A stretch of 58,031 bases of DNA from a virus (IMGVR_UViG_3300022074_000043:1-58031), one strand, 5' to 3'. Counted from the first letter of the stretch, positions 17,840 through 26,295 are shown. Program-made: numbers and translations. The notes: generated by a model from the letters alone, not told the origin.

Positions 17840-18021
17840 TAGAACACCCCCTTAAATCTTTGTGGACGGGCAATGGGGCTAAAGCCCTTGACCATGCCAC
17901 CGTTTGTTTTCTTAACAAGTTTAGATAGTGTCTTTGCTTGACTAGCATGCGCCTTCGATGCCTTTTCAAGTTTCTTGACTACCTTCTTAACTTTTGTTTT
18001 AGATTTTCCAGTTATCATCAC
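17839..18021 (-). CDS. Small basic protein
   Basis: KVKKVVKKLEKASKAHA.QAK.L...GGMV...FKGVF. Confidence 0.6.
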   Translation of the reverse strand: MMITGKSKTKVKKVVKKLEKASKAHASQAKTLSKLVKKTNGGMVKGFSPIARPQRFKGVF

Positions 18022-21000
18022 AGCACTTCCCTAGCCATCGCGCCAATGCCAGATCTTACCATACCACCAGCCGCACGTCTAATGGGGCGTTGTGCTGTTT
18101 CCTTGGTTGCCGGGTCTCTTAAATTTACTATGCGAAGTGGTGTTGCGTAGTCAGTAGCTAGTTCATCCTTTTTCGCCTGTAAAGATCCTTTTTGATTGTC
18201 TGCACGTTCTACCGCAAGTCTGAGTTCCTCTTTTTTGTTGCTAATATCATTAACAACTCTCTGACTTTCCGAGTCGATCATATCTCCGTCTGTGCCCGTG
18301 CGAATGATACGTCTACGAATGCCGCTAGCATCAACTCTATATTCGTTGGGGTCGTTCTTTATCTCTTCCAACCGTGCTTCTAGCGCTTTTGTTTCTTTAT
18401 CTAGCTGCGTTACCCTTGCTTCTGCTTGTTTTACCTGATCTTGAAGCGGTGCCAGTTGTTCAGCTACATCAGCGTCGTTTGGATCAATGCCCCGGACAGT
18501 GAACTCTGATTTGGTGGTGTTTCCGTTGCCAAAGACAATCGGGTTTGGATCTTGGCTGTTGTTGCGTAACTCAACTCTGCCGCCAGCATTTGAAAAACCT
18601 TTAAGCGACTTGTCTACAGCACTTCCGTAGTTTTTTTGAAAAGCCGGGTTCTCGGATCTGCCGGGTGCGGTAGATAGATATCTTGCGTCAGGGAATATAA
18701 CACCGTCTAAACCAAGCTGTTCAGCCTGTTTGATAGCTGATCTAGTAGCAAACTCATAGAACTGTGAGTCAGCTTTTCCAGTGGCATACGGGGTTGGTGC
18801 CTGAAATCCTCTGTTGCCGCCTGTGTCTATCGCGTCTTTGGCTATCTTTTGTAGCTGCTGTAATACAGCGCCATCCGGTTCGGCTTCTATGGCGTTTTTA
18901 TAATCTAGACTTGCTTGCAAAGCTTGACCAGCTATACCGTCTGCTTCAGTCTGAGTATCTGCTAATTTAGCTAAAACGTCGTTACGCTGACTGTTAGTAA
19001 ACACTGCTGCCGCGTGTTCAACAACATTTTCTAAGCTGCTTTCAAACTGAAAGGCTTCATCAAAAATACTTTCGTGTCCTGTTCCCCCAACTACCTCGTC
19101 TTGTACTTGTTCAAACGCAGGAAGAAACTTATTTTTATAGAAGTCTTTGCCCAGCTTTTCCTTTAAGTGCTCCAAGGCTCTTTCTTCTAACTCCTTAAAC
19201 TCATCGCTTTTAGGTTCGTAGAACCTTCTAGAAGCGACTTGTTGCTCTAGTCTTTGCTTCAACCCAGCGCTAACATCTTCGGGCAAACTCAGCACGGCAT
19301 CAACAAACTCATCTGAGTCAAATATTATTTTTTGAGCCGCTGTGTCTAAAAATTCTCCCCCGCTGTCATTAACATATGCGCGTAATCTCGGTACAAACTG
19401 AGTGAAGTCACCATTGGTATCGTCAAAAGCCATTCTGACTGTGTCAAGAAGTGCGTCAATGCTGTCTTCAGACATGCTGCCGCCGCTACCAACTTGTGCG
19501 TCAACGGATGCAATCATTTGATCTCTTACTGCATCAAGATAATCGTCGCTTCTATCCCCACCTTGTTTATAGTCACGCATGTAGTTGTAAATTGCTGCAC
19601 GAATGTCATCGTTTTGATCAAGGTCATTTATAAGATTCATGCCGTGTTTGTACACACTAGTGATTTCGTTATCCGTAGCTAACGTGTAAGTAGGTGTGGC
19701 CTTTAGTGTGGGGTCTTCCTTGAGCCGATCAGCCTCATCCTGATATTCTTTTATCTGCTTGGTCAGTGTTTCATTACGACCCAAAATTTCTGGCTTTATA
19801 GACTCCAGCTTCAGCATCTTCTCGTGCACTTCTTTTGTGTACGGTATCTTCACACGATTTGCTGAACTGTAAGCGATGAGTCTATCTTCTAGACTCTTAA
19901 CGTAACCAGCGCCAACTTTTGAACCACTAGAAATGTTTGACACTGCATTTGACTGGATCTCGTTAACCCACAGATAACGTCTTCCGTTGTCATCATCCAT
20001 GATTTGAAATCTTAAATGACCATAGTAGCCCGGATAGTTATCATAGTAGCCGTGGTTAACACCTCTGTCGTTTGGTTTAATTCTGCCGTATCCCGGCACA
20101 TCTATCGTCGGCACTGAGTTACTGTAGACAATAACACCGCGCTCTTGTCCCAGCGCTCTGTCATCAGATCTATACTGTGCAGTGGTGTAAGGTAAATCAT
20201 TACTAAACGGACCTTCAGTAACGTCGGGCGCTAAAGGACCAGTACCACCTTCCAAGAACAGACGTTCAACGGTCTGCGGCACACGAGATTGTACCAGTGT
20301 ACGCATTTCGTCTATTGTGTACTTTTCGTCCGGGTTGGCAATCAGGATATTCTCTAGCTCCGAACCAGCTATCTCGCTTCTGCCGCCCGGTGTTTTGGTG
20401 TCATTATTGAAGTGAGCCAAATAGTCTTTTGCAGACAACTCACCGCTGGCAGAAAACTTTAGACCTTTCGGATCCAGAACTAGCTTTTCAAAGCTAGTAG
20501 CAATGGGTGAGTAATGCATCACCGTGCCACCAAACTGATCAGGCATAGAACCAATGGAAATTACATCCGTAGCGTGTAACCCCGGTGATTCATCTAGCGC
20601 ACCAATACCCAACTGAACTGGTGGGTTTATGCCGTCGTTAAGTGGCTTAAAACCTGTAGACTGTGCCAAAGAAAGCGGCATCGGCGGGATAGCCTCATCA
20701 CCTAAATCTACTCGTGCCGGTGCCTGTGGTGCGGCTAAGTCATCACCCTGCAACTGCTGTAAAAACGCAGCTTCATCGGCTTCATTGACTGTGTTTTCAA
20801 GTGTGATTGGGTCAAACTGGTTGTTATAAAGTGCGGCCTGTTCTGGTGTTAGTTGTTCTAGCTCTGTACCTCTACGACCAGCCATCTCGTTACTGACAGC
20901 ATTAAACTGTCTCAGCAAGCGTCCTCTGACCGAATCCAACCCTTCATTTGATGTTACTTGTGGCAATAACATGTTGTCGGTAAAGAACTCATCATTTGTC

Positions 21001-21737
21001 AGATCAGGGAACAGGGCAGCTTCACGATATCGCGCTAGGACTTCGTCCTGCATACCCTCGACAATGTTCATGTCACCGTCAAGAAAAGCACCCTGCGTGA
21101 AAAAGTCCATGTTATCTGAAATTCTATCATGCGCGGCGATCAACTCGTCTTCAGACAACGCACCAAAACTACGGCGCTGGAAGTTCATCATAGCACCATC
21201 TACAAATGCTTCAGTTCCGATTATATCAGTTATGGTTCTAGGAACAGAGGACTCAGGTTCGCGGCTCAAGGCTTCACGCACTCTGCCATAGATTCTTTTG
21301 GCTGCTGGCGTTGCAGCTTCGACCACCTTTTCGCCAACCGCGCCGCCGACTGCACCAATACCCGTACCAATAGCAGCGGACTTGATTGTGCCCTCTACAC
21401 CTTCGCCTTCACCAGCACCATATATCCCACCTTCGATTGCACCAAGTTTCGCTGCGCCTCGGATCCCGGTGCCTATACCTGCTCTCAGTAACCCGATACC
21501 AAGACCAACGCCCGTGGGTATCGCACCTGCGATCTCGGTCCCGTATGCTGCCACTGGATTTGTCTCGCGAAACTGTTCTATGTCCTCGCGAATATCTTTG
21601 ACTTCTTGTTGGTAGGTTCTGTCGCTTGCTGCGGCTCTTGCCATAGCTTCTAGTTCGTCACCAAAACCAAAAGTCAGGCCCTGACCTGCTGCTCTAAGCA
21701 GATTGCCTGCATAACTTGTACGGGGTTGTTCAGCCAT
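18018..21737 (-). CDS. Large (1239 aa) putative internal virion/ejected multidomain protein
   Basis: N-term GQGLTFGFGDEL...NP..A...EIAG with Gly/Ala hydrophobic stretch; central GHLRF...LWVNEIQS domain; C-terminal coiled coil. Confidence 0.6.
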   Translation of the reverse strand: MAEQPRTSYAGNLLRAAGQGLTFGFGDELEAMARAAASDRTYQQEVKDIREDIEQFRETNPVAAYGTEIAGAIPTGVGLGIGLLRAGIGTGIRGAAKLGAIEGGIYGAGEGEGVEGTIKSAAIGTGIGAVGGAVGEKVVEAATPAAKRIYGRVREALSREPESSVPRTITDIIGTEAFVDGAMMNFQRRSFGALSEDELIAAHDRISDNMDFFTQGAFLDGDMNIVEGMQDEVLARYREAALFPDLTNDEFFTDNMLLPQVTSNEGLDSVRGRLLRQFNAVSNEMAGRRGTELEQLTPEQAALYNNQFDPITLENTVNEADEAAFLQQLQGDDLAAPQAPARVDLGDEAIPPMPLSLAQSTGFKPLNDGINPPVQLGIGALDESPGLHATDVISIGSMPDQFGGTVMHYSPIATSFEKLVLDPKGLKFSASGELSAKDYLAHFNNDTKTPGGRSEIAGSELENILIANPDEKYTIDEMRTLVQSRVPQTVERLFLEGGTGPLAPDVTEGPFSNDLPYTTAQYRSDDRALGQERGVIVYSNSVPTIDVPGYGRIKPNDRGVNHGYYDNYPGYYGHLRFQIMDDDNGRRYLWVNEIQSNAVSNISSGSKVGAGYVKSLEDRLIAYSSANRVKIPYTKEVHEKMLKLESIKPEILGRNETLTKQIKEYQDEADRLKEDPTLKATPTYTLATDNEITSVYKHGMNLINDLDQNDDIRAAIYNYMRDYKQGGDRSDDYLDAVRDQMIASVDAQVGSGGSMSEDSIDALLDTVRMAFDDTNGDFTQFVPRLRAYVNDSGGEFLDTAAQKIIFDSDEFVDAVLSLPEDVSAGLKQRLEQQVASRRFYEPKSDEFKELEERALEHLKEKLGKDFYKNKFLPAFEQVQDEVVGGTGHESIFDEAFQFESSLENVVEHAAAVFTNSQRNDVLAKLADTQTEADGIAGQALQASLDYKNAIEAEPDGAVLQQLQKIAKDAIDTGGNRGFQAPTPYATGKADSQFYEFATRSAIKQAEQLGLDGVIFPDARYLSTAPGRSENPAFQKNYGSAVDKSLKGFSNAGGRVELRNNSQDPNPIVFGNGNTTKSEFTVRGIDPNDADVAEQLAPLQDQVKQAEARVTQLDKETKALEARLEEIKNDPNEYRVDASGIRRRIIRTGTDGDMIDSESQRVVNDISNKKEELRLAVERADNQKGSLQAKKDELATDYATPLRIVNLRDPATKETAQRPIRRAAGGMVRSGIGAMAREVL

Positions 21738-23227
21738 TAATAATATTCTCTAGCAGGTGGGGGTGCATCGTCTTCAAACTCTTCGCCGTCCAGACTAATA
21801 AAACCGCCTTGACGAAAACGCATCAAGGCCATAGTCATACTATCACAGAAGTCATCATGGTCGCCATTAGGAAATGATGCGATCTCTTCAATGACTTCGT
21901 CAGCGAATTTTTCACCAGCAGGATACCATACTTTGCCTGATTCAAAAATAGGAGACACAATATGCATGCGGGTTGTTTTGTCCATACCCCCGCCACCGCG
22001 CTTGCGACCCGGACTGAACGTGGCAACAGGCAAATTTATCATACGCATCTCATCAGCCAGCGGCTGACCCGACGCTTTCGCCTCTATCAGCATTAACTCT
22101 GGTTCCCAATACTCATATTCTTCCTGTGCTATTGCCTTGAGTTCAGGAAAATTCCACCGCCCCTTCTTCGCATCCATCAAAATCAAATGCTGCTCACCAT
22201 TTGAATGCGGCTGAAACACGCCCCACGTTGTAATCGCAGAGTAGTCAGCCGTCTCTTTTTTGCTGTACGCAGTGTCATAAGACTGAATTATGTAGTCCAA
22301 CTCAGGTATTGAGTCCTCTCCCCACTCCTTCCACCACTCCCGCTTGACCATAGCGGTCGCTTCGGACGTGGGATTTTGTTGCCACTGAGCATTCCATTTG
22401 CCCACGGAAAGCGAAGCTTTTACCTTCAGTAACTCTTCTTTTTGCCAAAATTCAGGCCATAATGGTTCCCCCGACGGCATTATTGCAGGAAATTCAACGA
22501 CTTCCCACTGATCAGCCATCACATCTTTGCCCATCGCGGTCAGTAACCTGCCCGTAATATCCTTCTTTGACCACCGAGTTTGGACAATAATAATTGATCC
22601 ACCCGGCTGCAAACGCTGCCGGGGGCCAGATGTGTACCACTCCCACGCATTATCATAGGCAGACGCAGACAAAGCGTCCTGTTCCGAGTGCGGGTCGTCG
22701 ATAATCAGCAAATCAGCACCACGACCAGTCATTGCAGCACCCACCCCGGCTGCAAAATATTCCCCACCAGCGCTAGTCTCCCACCGACCTGCCGCTTGGC
22801 TATCCGGTTTTAAGTCTGTATTCGGGAAAATTTCGTGATAATGTGGGTCAGCAATCAGATCACGAACCTTTCTGCCGAATCTTACAGCAAGTTCCGTGTT
22901 CATAGTAGCCTGAATAATTTTTAATTTTGGATTTCTACCTAAGAACCAAGACGGCATAAGATAGGATGCAAATTCAGATTTAGAATGACGGGGGGGCATG
23001 TTTACAATCAAACGCTTCAAGTTACCCGCCGCGATCTCTTCTAGCTTTTCCGCTATGATTCTATGGTGGGTCCCCTCTATAAAGCCGTCATACACATGCT
23101 TTACATACGACATAAAATTATCTTGGGCCTTGGACCTTGTTTCTAGGCGCTGTTGGTGCTCTTCCAGTAACAGGATTTCCTTTAGGACTTCCTCTGGCAG
23201 CAGGTCTAGGTTTTGCATGTCTGTCAT
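21737..23227 (-). CDS. terL: Terminase large subunit
   Basis: RLIVNMPPRHSKSE Walker A, GRGADLLIIDDP Walker B, QSYDTA and FPNG.HDD..DS nuclease motifs. Confidence 0.95.
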   Translation of the reverse strand: MTDMQNLDLLPEEVLKEILLLEEHQQRLETRSKAQDNFMSYVKHVYDGFIEGTHHRIIAEKLEEIAAGNLKRLIVNMPPRHSKSEFASYLMPSWFLGRNPKLKIIQATMNTELAVRFGRKVRDLIADPHYHEIFPNTDLKPDSQAAGRWETSAGGEYFAAGVGAAMTGRGADLLIIDDPHSEQDALSASAYDNAWEWYTSGPRQRLQPGGSIIIVQTRWSKKDITGRLLTAMGKDVMADQWEVVEFPAIMPSGEPLWPEFWQKEELLKVKASLSVGKWNAQWQQNPTSEATAMVKREWWKEWGEDSIPELDYIIQSYDTAYSKKETADYSAITTWGVFQPHSNGEQHLILMDAKKGRWNFPELKAIAQEEYEYWEPELMLIEAKASGQPLADEMRMINLPVATFSPGRKRGGGGMDKTTRMHIVSPIFESGKVWYPAGEKFADEVIEEIASFPNGDHDDFCDSMTMALMRFRQGGFISLDGEEFEDDAPPPAREYY

Positions 23228-23233
23228 GCCCAA

Positions 23234-23262
23234 ACGATAATATCAGTGAATGAATTTATCAA
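23234..23262 (-). promoter_or_regulatory. Sigma70-like promoter for terL, possibly leaderless
   Basis: TTGATA-17nt-TATCGT, then 6 nt to ATG at 23227; no SD. Confidence 0.5.
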
Positions 23263-23270
23263 CCCTGCAA

Positions 23271-23349
23271 ATTGTGCACAATCGTTCGCAGCTTGTATAC
23301 AATATAGGGGGGTGGGGGTCTGCCACAGTCAAAGTTGATTGTCAATCAA
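23271..23349. other. Palindrome cluster and G-run in divergent intergenic region (candidate packaging/terminus or operator region)
   Basis: ATTGTGCACAAT 23271-82, TTGTATACAA 23293-302, GGGGGGTGGGGG 23307-18, TTGATTG-T-CAATCAA 23335-49. Confidence 0.45.
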
Positions 23350-23473
23350 AATCAGTAACCCCATTGTTGCCAATATAGCAAAACACTTTTGCGAATTATT
23401 GGGGTAATGCTGCGTTGCTATCCGTCGTACAATCTTATCAAGAACCAACTGTGTCTGAAGGGAGAAATGGACA

Positions 23474-23725
23474 ATGGCTAAATACTCAGCGACTCAAGAC
23501 TACACGCACATCGCCGCGTCATACGGCGGCGGTGGCGTCATCACTTACCCAGACAGCGACACGCTGGCTGTGCTAGCGAAGCGCATAACAATGGCGCACA
23601 CTCTACCCAGCATGGACAAGCGGCGGCTGCACGAGCCTATCTATGTCCGCAGAGGCAAGCGCACAATTGGCATGTATCATCTGATCGATGGTAAGCTGAA
23701 GCTCCAACGCAAGATGAATCAATAG
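23474..23725 (+). CDS. Hypothetical protein (cassette 1)
   Basis: GAAGGGAG SD, own terminator. Confidence 0.65.
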   Translation: MAKYSATQDYTHIAASYGGGGVITYPDSDTLAVLAKRITMAHTLPSMDKRRLHEPIYVRRGKRTIGMYHLIDGKLKLQRKMNQ

Positions 23726-23728
23726 GAT

Positions 23729-23755
23729 GAAGGCGGCGCAAGCCGCCTTCTCTTT
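23729..23755 (+). terminator. Rho-independent terminator
   Basis: GAAGGCGGC-GCAA-GCCGCCTTC then TCTTT. Confidence 0.7.
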
Positions 23756-23763
23756 CCGCCAAG

Positions 23764-23797
23764 CGCGGCGCGGCGGCGGTCGGGCGCAGGTCGCAGA
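23764..23797 (+). repeat. 34-bp direct repeat, copy 1
   Basis: CGCGGCGCGGCGGCGGTCGGGCGCAGGTCGCAGA, identical to 24308-24341. Confidence 0.95.
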
Positions 23798-23931
23798 ACG
23801 CAGATCGATTATTGCATTTTTAACAAAAGACATTTGCCAAACTAGCTATTGTATTAATCCATTGTAAAGACTACCTTGGATACATGGGATTTACCCATAC
23901 ATGTTAACAGTCAAAAGAAAGGGATAGCTCT

Positions 23932-24243
23932 ATGACTGATATCAACATCACAATCACCGTCGCCGCAGACGGTAAACCTACAGTGAAGGTAGGCAACGCG
24001 CCTGTGACTGTAGCCAACACCCGGACGCACAAGCGCGGTCCGATGTTCGACGTAATCAAGCGTGACGTTTTAGCTACGCTGAAACAGCGTCGTCATACAA
24101 AGACGACGTGCAAATACCTGAAACGTGAGTTAGGAATAACCACCAGTCAGGTTTATAACGCGGTATACCAGCTACGCGCTGACGGCTTCGCTATCGACAG
24201 CCGAAATGGCAGCGGGTCGTTTGGGTATCGTTTGGTCGGGTAA
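23932..24243 (+). CDS. Winged helix-turn-helix DNA-binding protein (cassette 2)
   Basis: VLATLK...YLKRELGITTSQVYNAVYQLRADGFAIDS....GYRL matches the HTH_11/BirA-type wHTH pattern. Confidence 0.75.
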   Translation: MTDINITITVAADGKPTVKVGNAPVTVANTRTHKRGPMFDVIKRDVLATLKQRRHTKTTCKYLKRELGITTSQVYNAVYQLRADGFAIDSRNGSGSFGYRLVG

Positions 24244-24258
24244 TATCCCGCCCGACTC

Positions 24259-24299
24259 GGCGGCTGTGGTGTTCTCCCTACCACAGCCGCCTTTTTTTT
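24259..24299 (+). terminator. Rho-independent terminator
   Basis: GGCGGCTGTGGT-9nt-ACCACAGCCGCC then T8. Confidence 0.85.
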
Positions 24300-24307
24300 A
24301 CACAGAA

Positions 24308-24341
24308 CGCGGCGCGGCGGCGGTCGGGCGCAGGTCGCAGA
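24308..24341 (+). repeat. 34-bp direct repeat, copy 2
   Basis: Identical to 23764-23797. Confidence 0.95.
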
Positions 24342-24404
24342 TTGTTATTGTTTTATATATTTATTTATGGGATAATCTTATATAACCATTGGAAGGGATA
24401 TCAA

Positions 24405-25034
24405 ATGGAACAAGTAAAACTAGATTTTCCGATGCTGTCGAAGCCGTCAAAAATGCCCGGCTATTCGATCAACCGCGACGCTAGGCTGTGTCATACTGGG
24501 TCGAAGCTTCGCAAGGTCAAGGGCAGCACATGCGAGAATTGCTACGCATGCAAAGGCCGCTATAACATGCCAAACGTGATCGACGCGATGGCGCGGCGCG
24601 AAGTGTTTTTCAATGCGTTGGATTTTGTCCCGCGCATGGTCGCGCTATTGCACAGCAAGCGGGTGGCAAAGCATCCAGAATTTAGATGGTTTGACAGCGG
24701 CGACGTTGACAGCGTCCCGATGGGTCTAAACATTCTAGACGTTTGTGATGCGACGCCGCATCTACAACACTGGATACCAAGCCGCGAATATGGCATCTGG
24801 GCAAAAGTGTTAAAGCTTCGCAAGCTTCCCGACAATGTCACGTTGCGTATGTCCGCAACAATGATAGACGGCATACCCGCCGGATCATGGGAAAACACTA
24901 GCACGGTAAATAGCAAGGCGATGGCAGGTCATATCGGGCACCGATGCCCCGCGCCGCAGCAGGGCAACAAATGCGCCGATTGCCGCGCATGCTGGGATCG
25001 CACAATTGAAAACGTCGCATATATCGAACACTAG
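24405..25034 (+). CDS. GP88-like Cys-rich protein (cassette 3)
   Basis: LSKPSKMPG.S...C..G..L......C..CYA.KG.Y...FRWFDSGD...HW.P.RE...CPA..QG..C..CR.CW; start revised to MEQVK with GAAGGGA SD. Confidence 0.7.
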   Translation: MEQVKLDFPMLSKPSKMPGYSINRDARLCHTGSKLRKVKGSTCENCYACKGRYNMPNVIDAMARREVFFNALDFVPRMVALLHSKRVAKHPEFRWFDSGDVDSVPMGLNILDVCDATPHLQHWIPSREYGIWAKVLKLRKLPDNVTLRMSATMIDGIPAGSWENTSTVNSKAMAGHIGHRCPAPQQGNKCADCRACWDRTIENVAYIEH

Positions 25035-25040
25035 GACAGC

Positions 25041-25070
25041 AAGCCTAGCTGGTTTACCAGCTAGGCTTTT
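25041..25070. terminator. Hairpin terminator between convergent genes
   Basis: AAGCCTAGCTGG-TTTA-CCAGCTAGGCTT then TT. Confidence 0.75.
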
Positions 25071-25076
25071 GCTATG

Positions 25077-25517
25077 TCACGCCGCCGACTCGCCGTCCGC
25101 AGGTTGCAGGTCGCAGATCCACCGTGCAAGGGCGCAGGTGCGAAGCGCAGAAGGCGCAGATCGCAGGTCACCGCACCATGAGGCCGCAGATCGCAGGTCG
25201 TCGATCCTTGAACCTTGCAACTTGGCTGCTAAACTACCGTCAAATAAAAATATATCACTCGTCGAGGGGCAGTGTAGCAGGAAAAAACTTACGCCATTAC
25301 AGCGCGTATGCCCTAAATGCCAAGCAATCTGGGACTTTGATACAGATACCTTCCCATTTTTAATTATTTTTAATTCACACCATATCGGCACACCATCCAT
25401 GCACAGATATACGTCTGGCATACCTTCACCAGCCCTATTCTCTATTCGCTGGAAGTGGGTCTTTTTCGGTAAATTCTGCTTCAATGAGTTCCACAGACTG
25501 CGTTCTGTCTTTGGCAT
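25077..25517 (-). CDS. VRR-NUC/Holliday-junction resolvase-like PD-(D/E)XK nuclease
   Basis: E..LW..L...RIEN....G.PDV......WCELK........QIAWH......G..FFL. Confidence 0.75.
   Translation of the reverse strand: MPKTERSLWNSLKQNLPKKTHFQRIENRAGEGMPDVYLCMDGVPIWCELKIIKNGKVSVSKSQIAWHLGHTRCNGVSFFLLHCPSTSDIFLFDGSLAAKLQGSRIDDLRSAASWCGDLRSAPSALRTCALARWICDLQPADGESAA
25098..25198 (+). repeat. Cluster of (C/T)GCAG(GT/AT/AA) heptamers
   Basis: Nine copies at 25098, 25105, 25112, 25133, 25146, 25155, 25162, 25185, 25192; same heptamer ends the 34-bp repeat. Confidence 0.8.
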
Positions 25518-26028
25518 CTTCAACCCTTTTCATCTCAGGTTCGGGGAATGCGGCTGGATATTGTTTTCTAATAGCGGCGAGTCTGGCAACAATATCATCA
25601 CGCGACATGTTGTCGAGTTGATGCACATGCGTCGACTCTCGCCTGTCGATGGTCAAACCACCCAGACTGGATCTAATCTTTTCAGCATTGATGGCAGCAC
25701 TGAATTGTCCAGCCTCTTCAGCAGATATAGACAATTCTTCAAATCGTTTGAGTTGATTGATCAAGGTCACGCCATATCTGCGTTCTCTGGCTTGCCGCAT
25801 GTCTTTGATCAGTTCGGGTACTTCAGGGAACGACTTACCATCAAGCAACTTGGCGGCATGTTGTGCGGCACTACCTTCAGCATAGCCAGCTTTTCTAGCA
25901 CACTCAGCATTGGAATATTTGCCCTCGACATAATACTTGGCAAATTCACGCTGTCTGTTGGTAAGCCCAGCAGGTCTACCAGCTTTTCCTATAGTGTTTT
26001 CTGTGGGTTTATCCTTTTTATTTTCCAA
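25435..26028 (-). CDS. terS: Terminase small subunit
   Basis: LTNRQREFAKYYVEG..SNAECARKAGYAE.SA...AAKLL HTH, A.EAGQFSAAINAE..R; start uncertain (TTG 26028 or 26052). Confidence 0.8.
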   Translation of the reverse strand: MENKKDKPTENTIGKAGRPAGLTNRQREFAKYYVEGKYSNAECARKAGYAEGSAAQHAAKLLDGKSFPEVPELIKDMRQARERRYGVTLINQLKRFEELSISAEEAGQFSAAINAEKIRSSLGGLTIDRRESTHVHQLDNMSRDDIVARLAAIRKQYPAAFPEPEMKRVEDAKDRTQSVELIEAEFTEKDPLPANRE

Positions 26029-26053
26029 AATCCATCCTCGTACAGACTCCAAA

Positions 26054-26132
26054 GTGTTACAGTGATACAGAAGTGGTACAGCTACAACCGTTGCTCAGTA
26101 AGGGTTGTATCACTTGTACCGTTTGTATCACT
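26054..26132. repeat. Imperfect inverted repeat built from GTGATACA/GGTACA-like units
   Basis: AGTGATACAGAAGTGGTACAGCTACAACC versus reverse complement of GGTTGTATCACTTGTACCGTTTGTATCACT. Confidence 0.65.
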
Positions 26133-26200
26133 ATTTTCAGAAAAAAATAAATTAAATCGTTTACCCGTAGAAAACATTATATGTCCTGTTATTTTTATGT

Positions 26201-26228
26201 TTGACCACATGGGATATTATGCTAGGAT
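26201..26228 (+). promoter_or_regulatory. Early promoter
   Basis: TTGACC-16nt-TAGGAT with TGn extended -10; ATGGGAT motif in spacer. Confidence 0.55.
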
Positions 26229-26295
26229 CTTACTAAATCAGGTGTTAATTGTAAAGCACCAAGGTTCAAGGTTCAAGGTAGAAGGGGTTCTTACC

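Noticed and set aside
23764-23797. G-quadruplex role for the GC-rich repeat
   Set aside because: Mostly GG doublets in a C-rich context; only a weak two-tier structure is possible and nothing else supports it
23764-24341. 34-bp direct repeats as a CRISPR array
   Set aside because: Only two full copies, 544 bp apart, enclosing a gene; no cas genes
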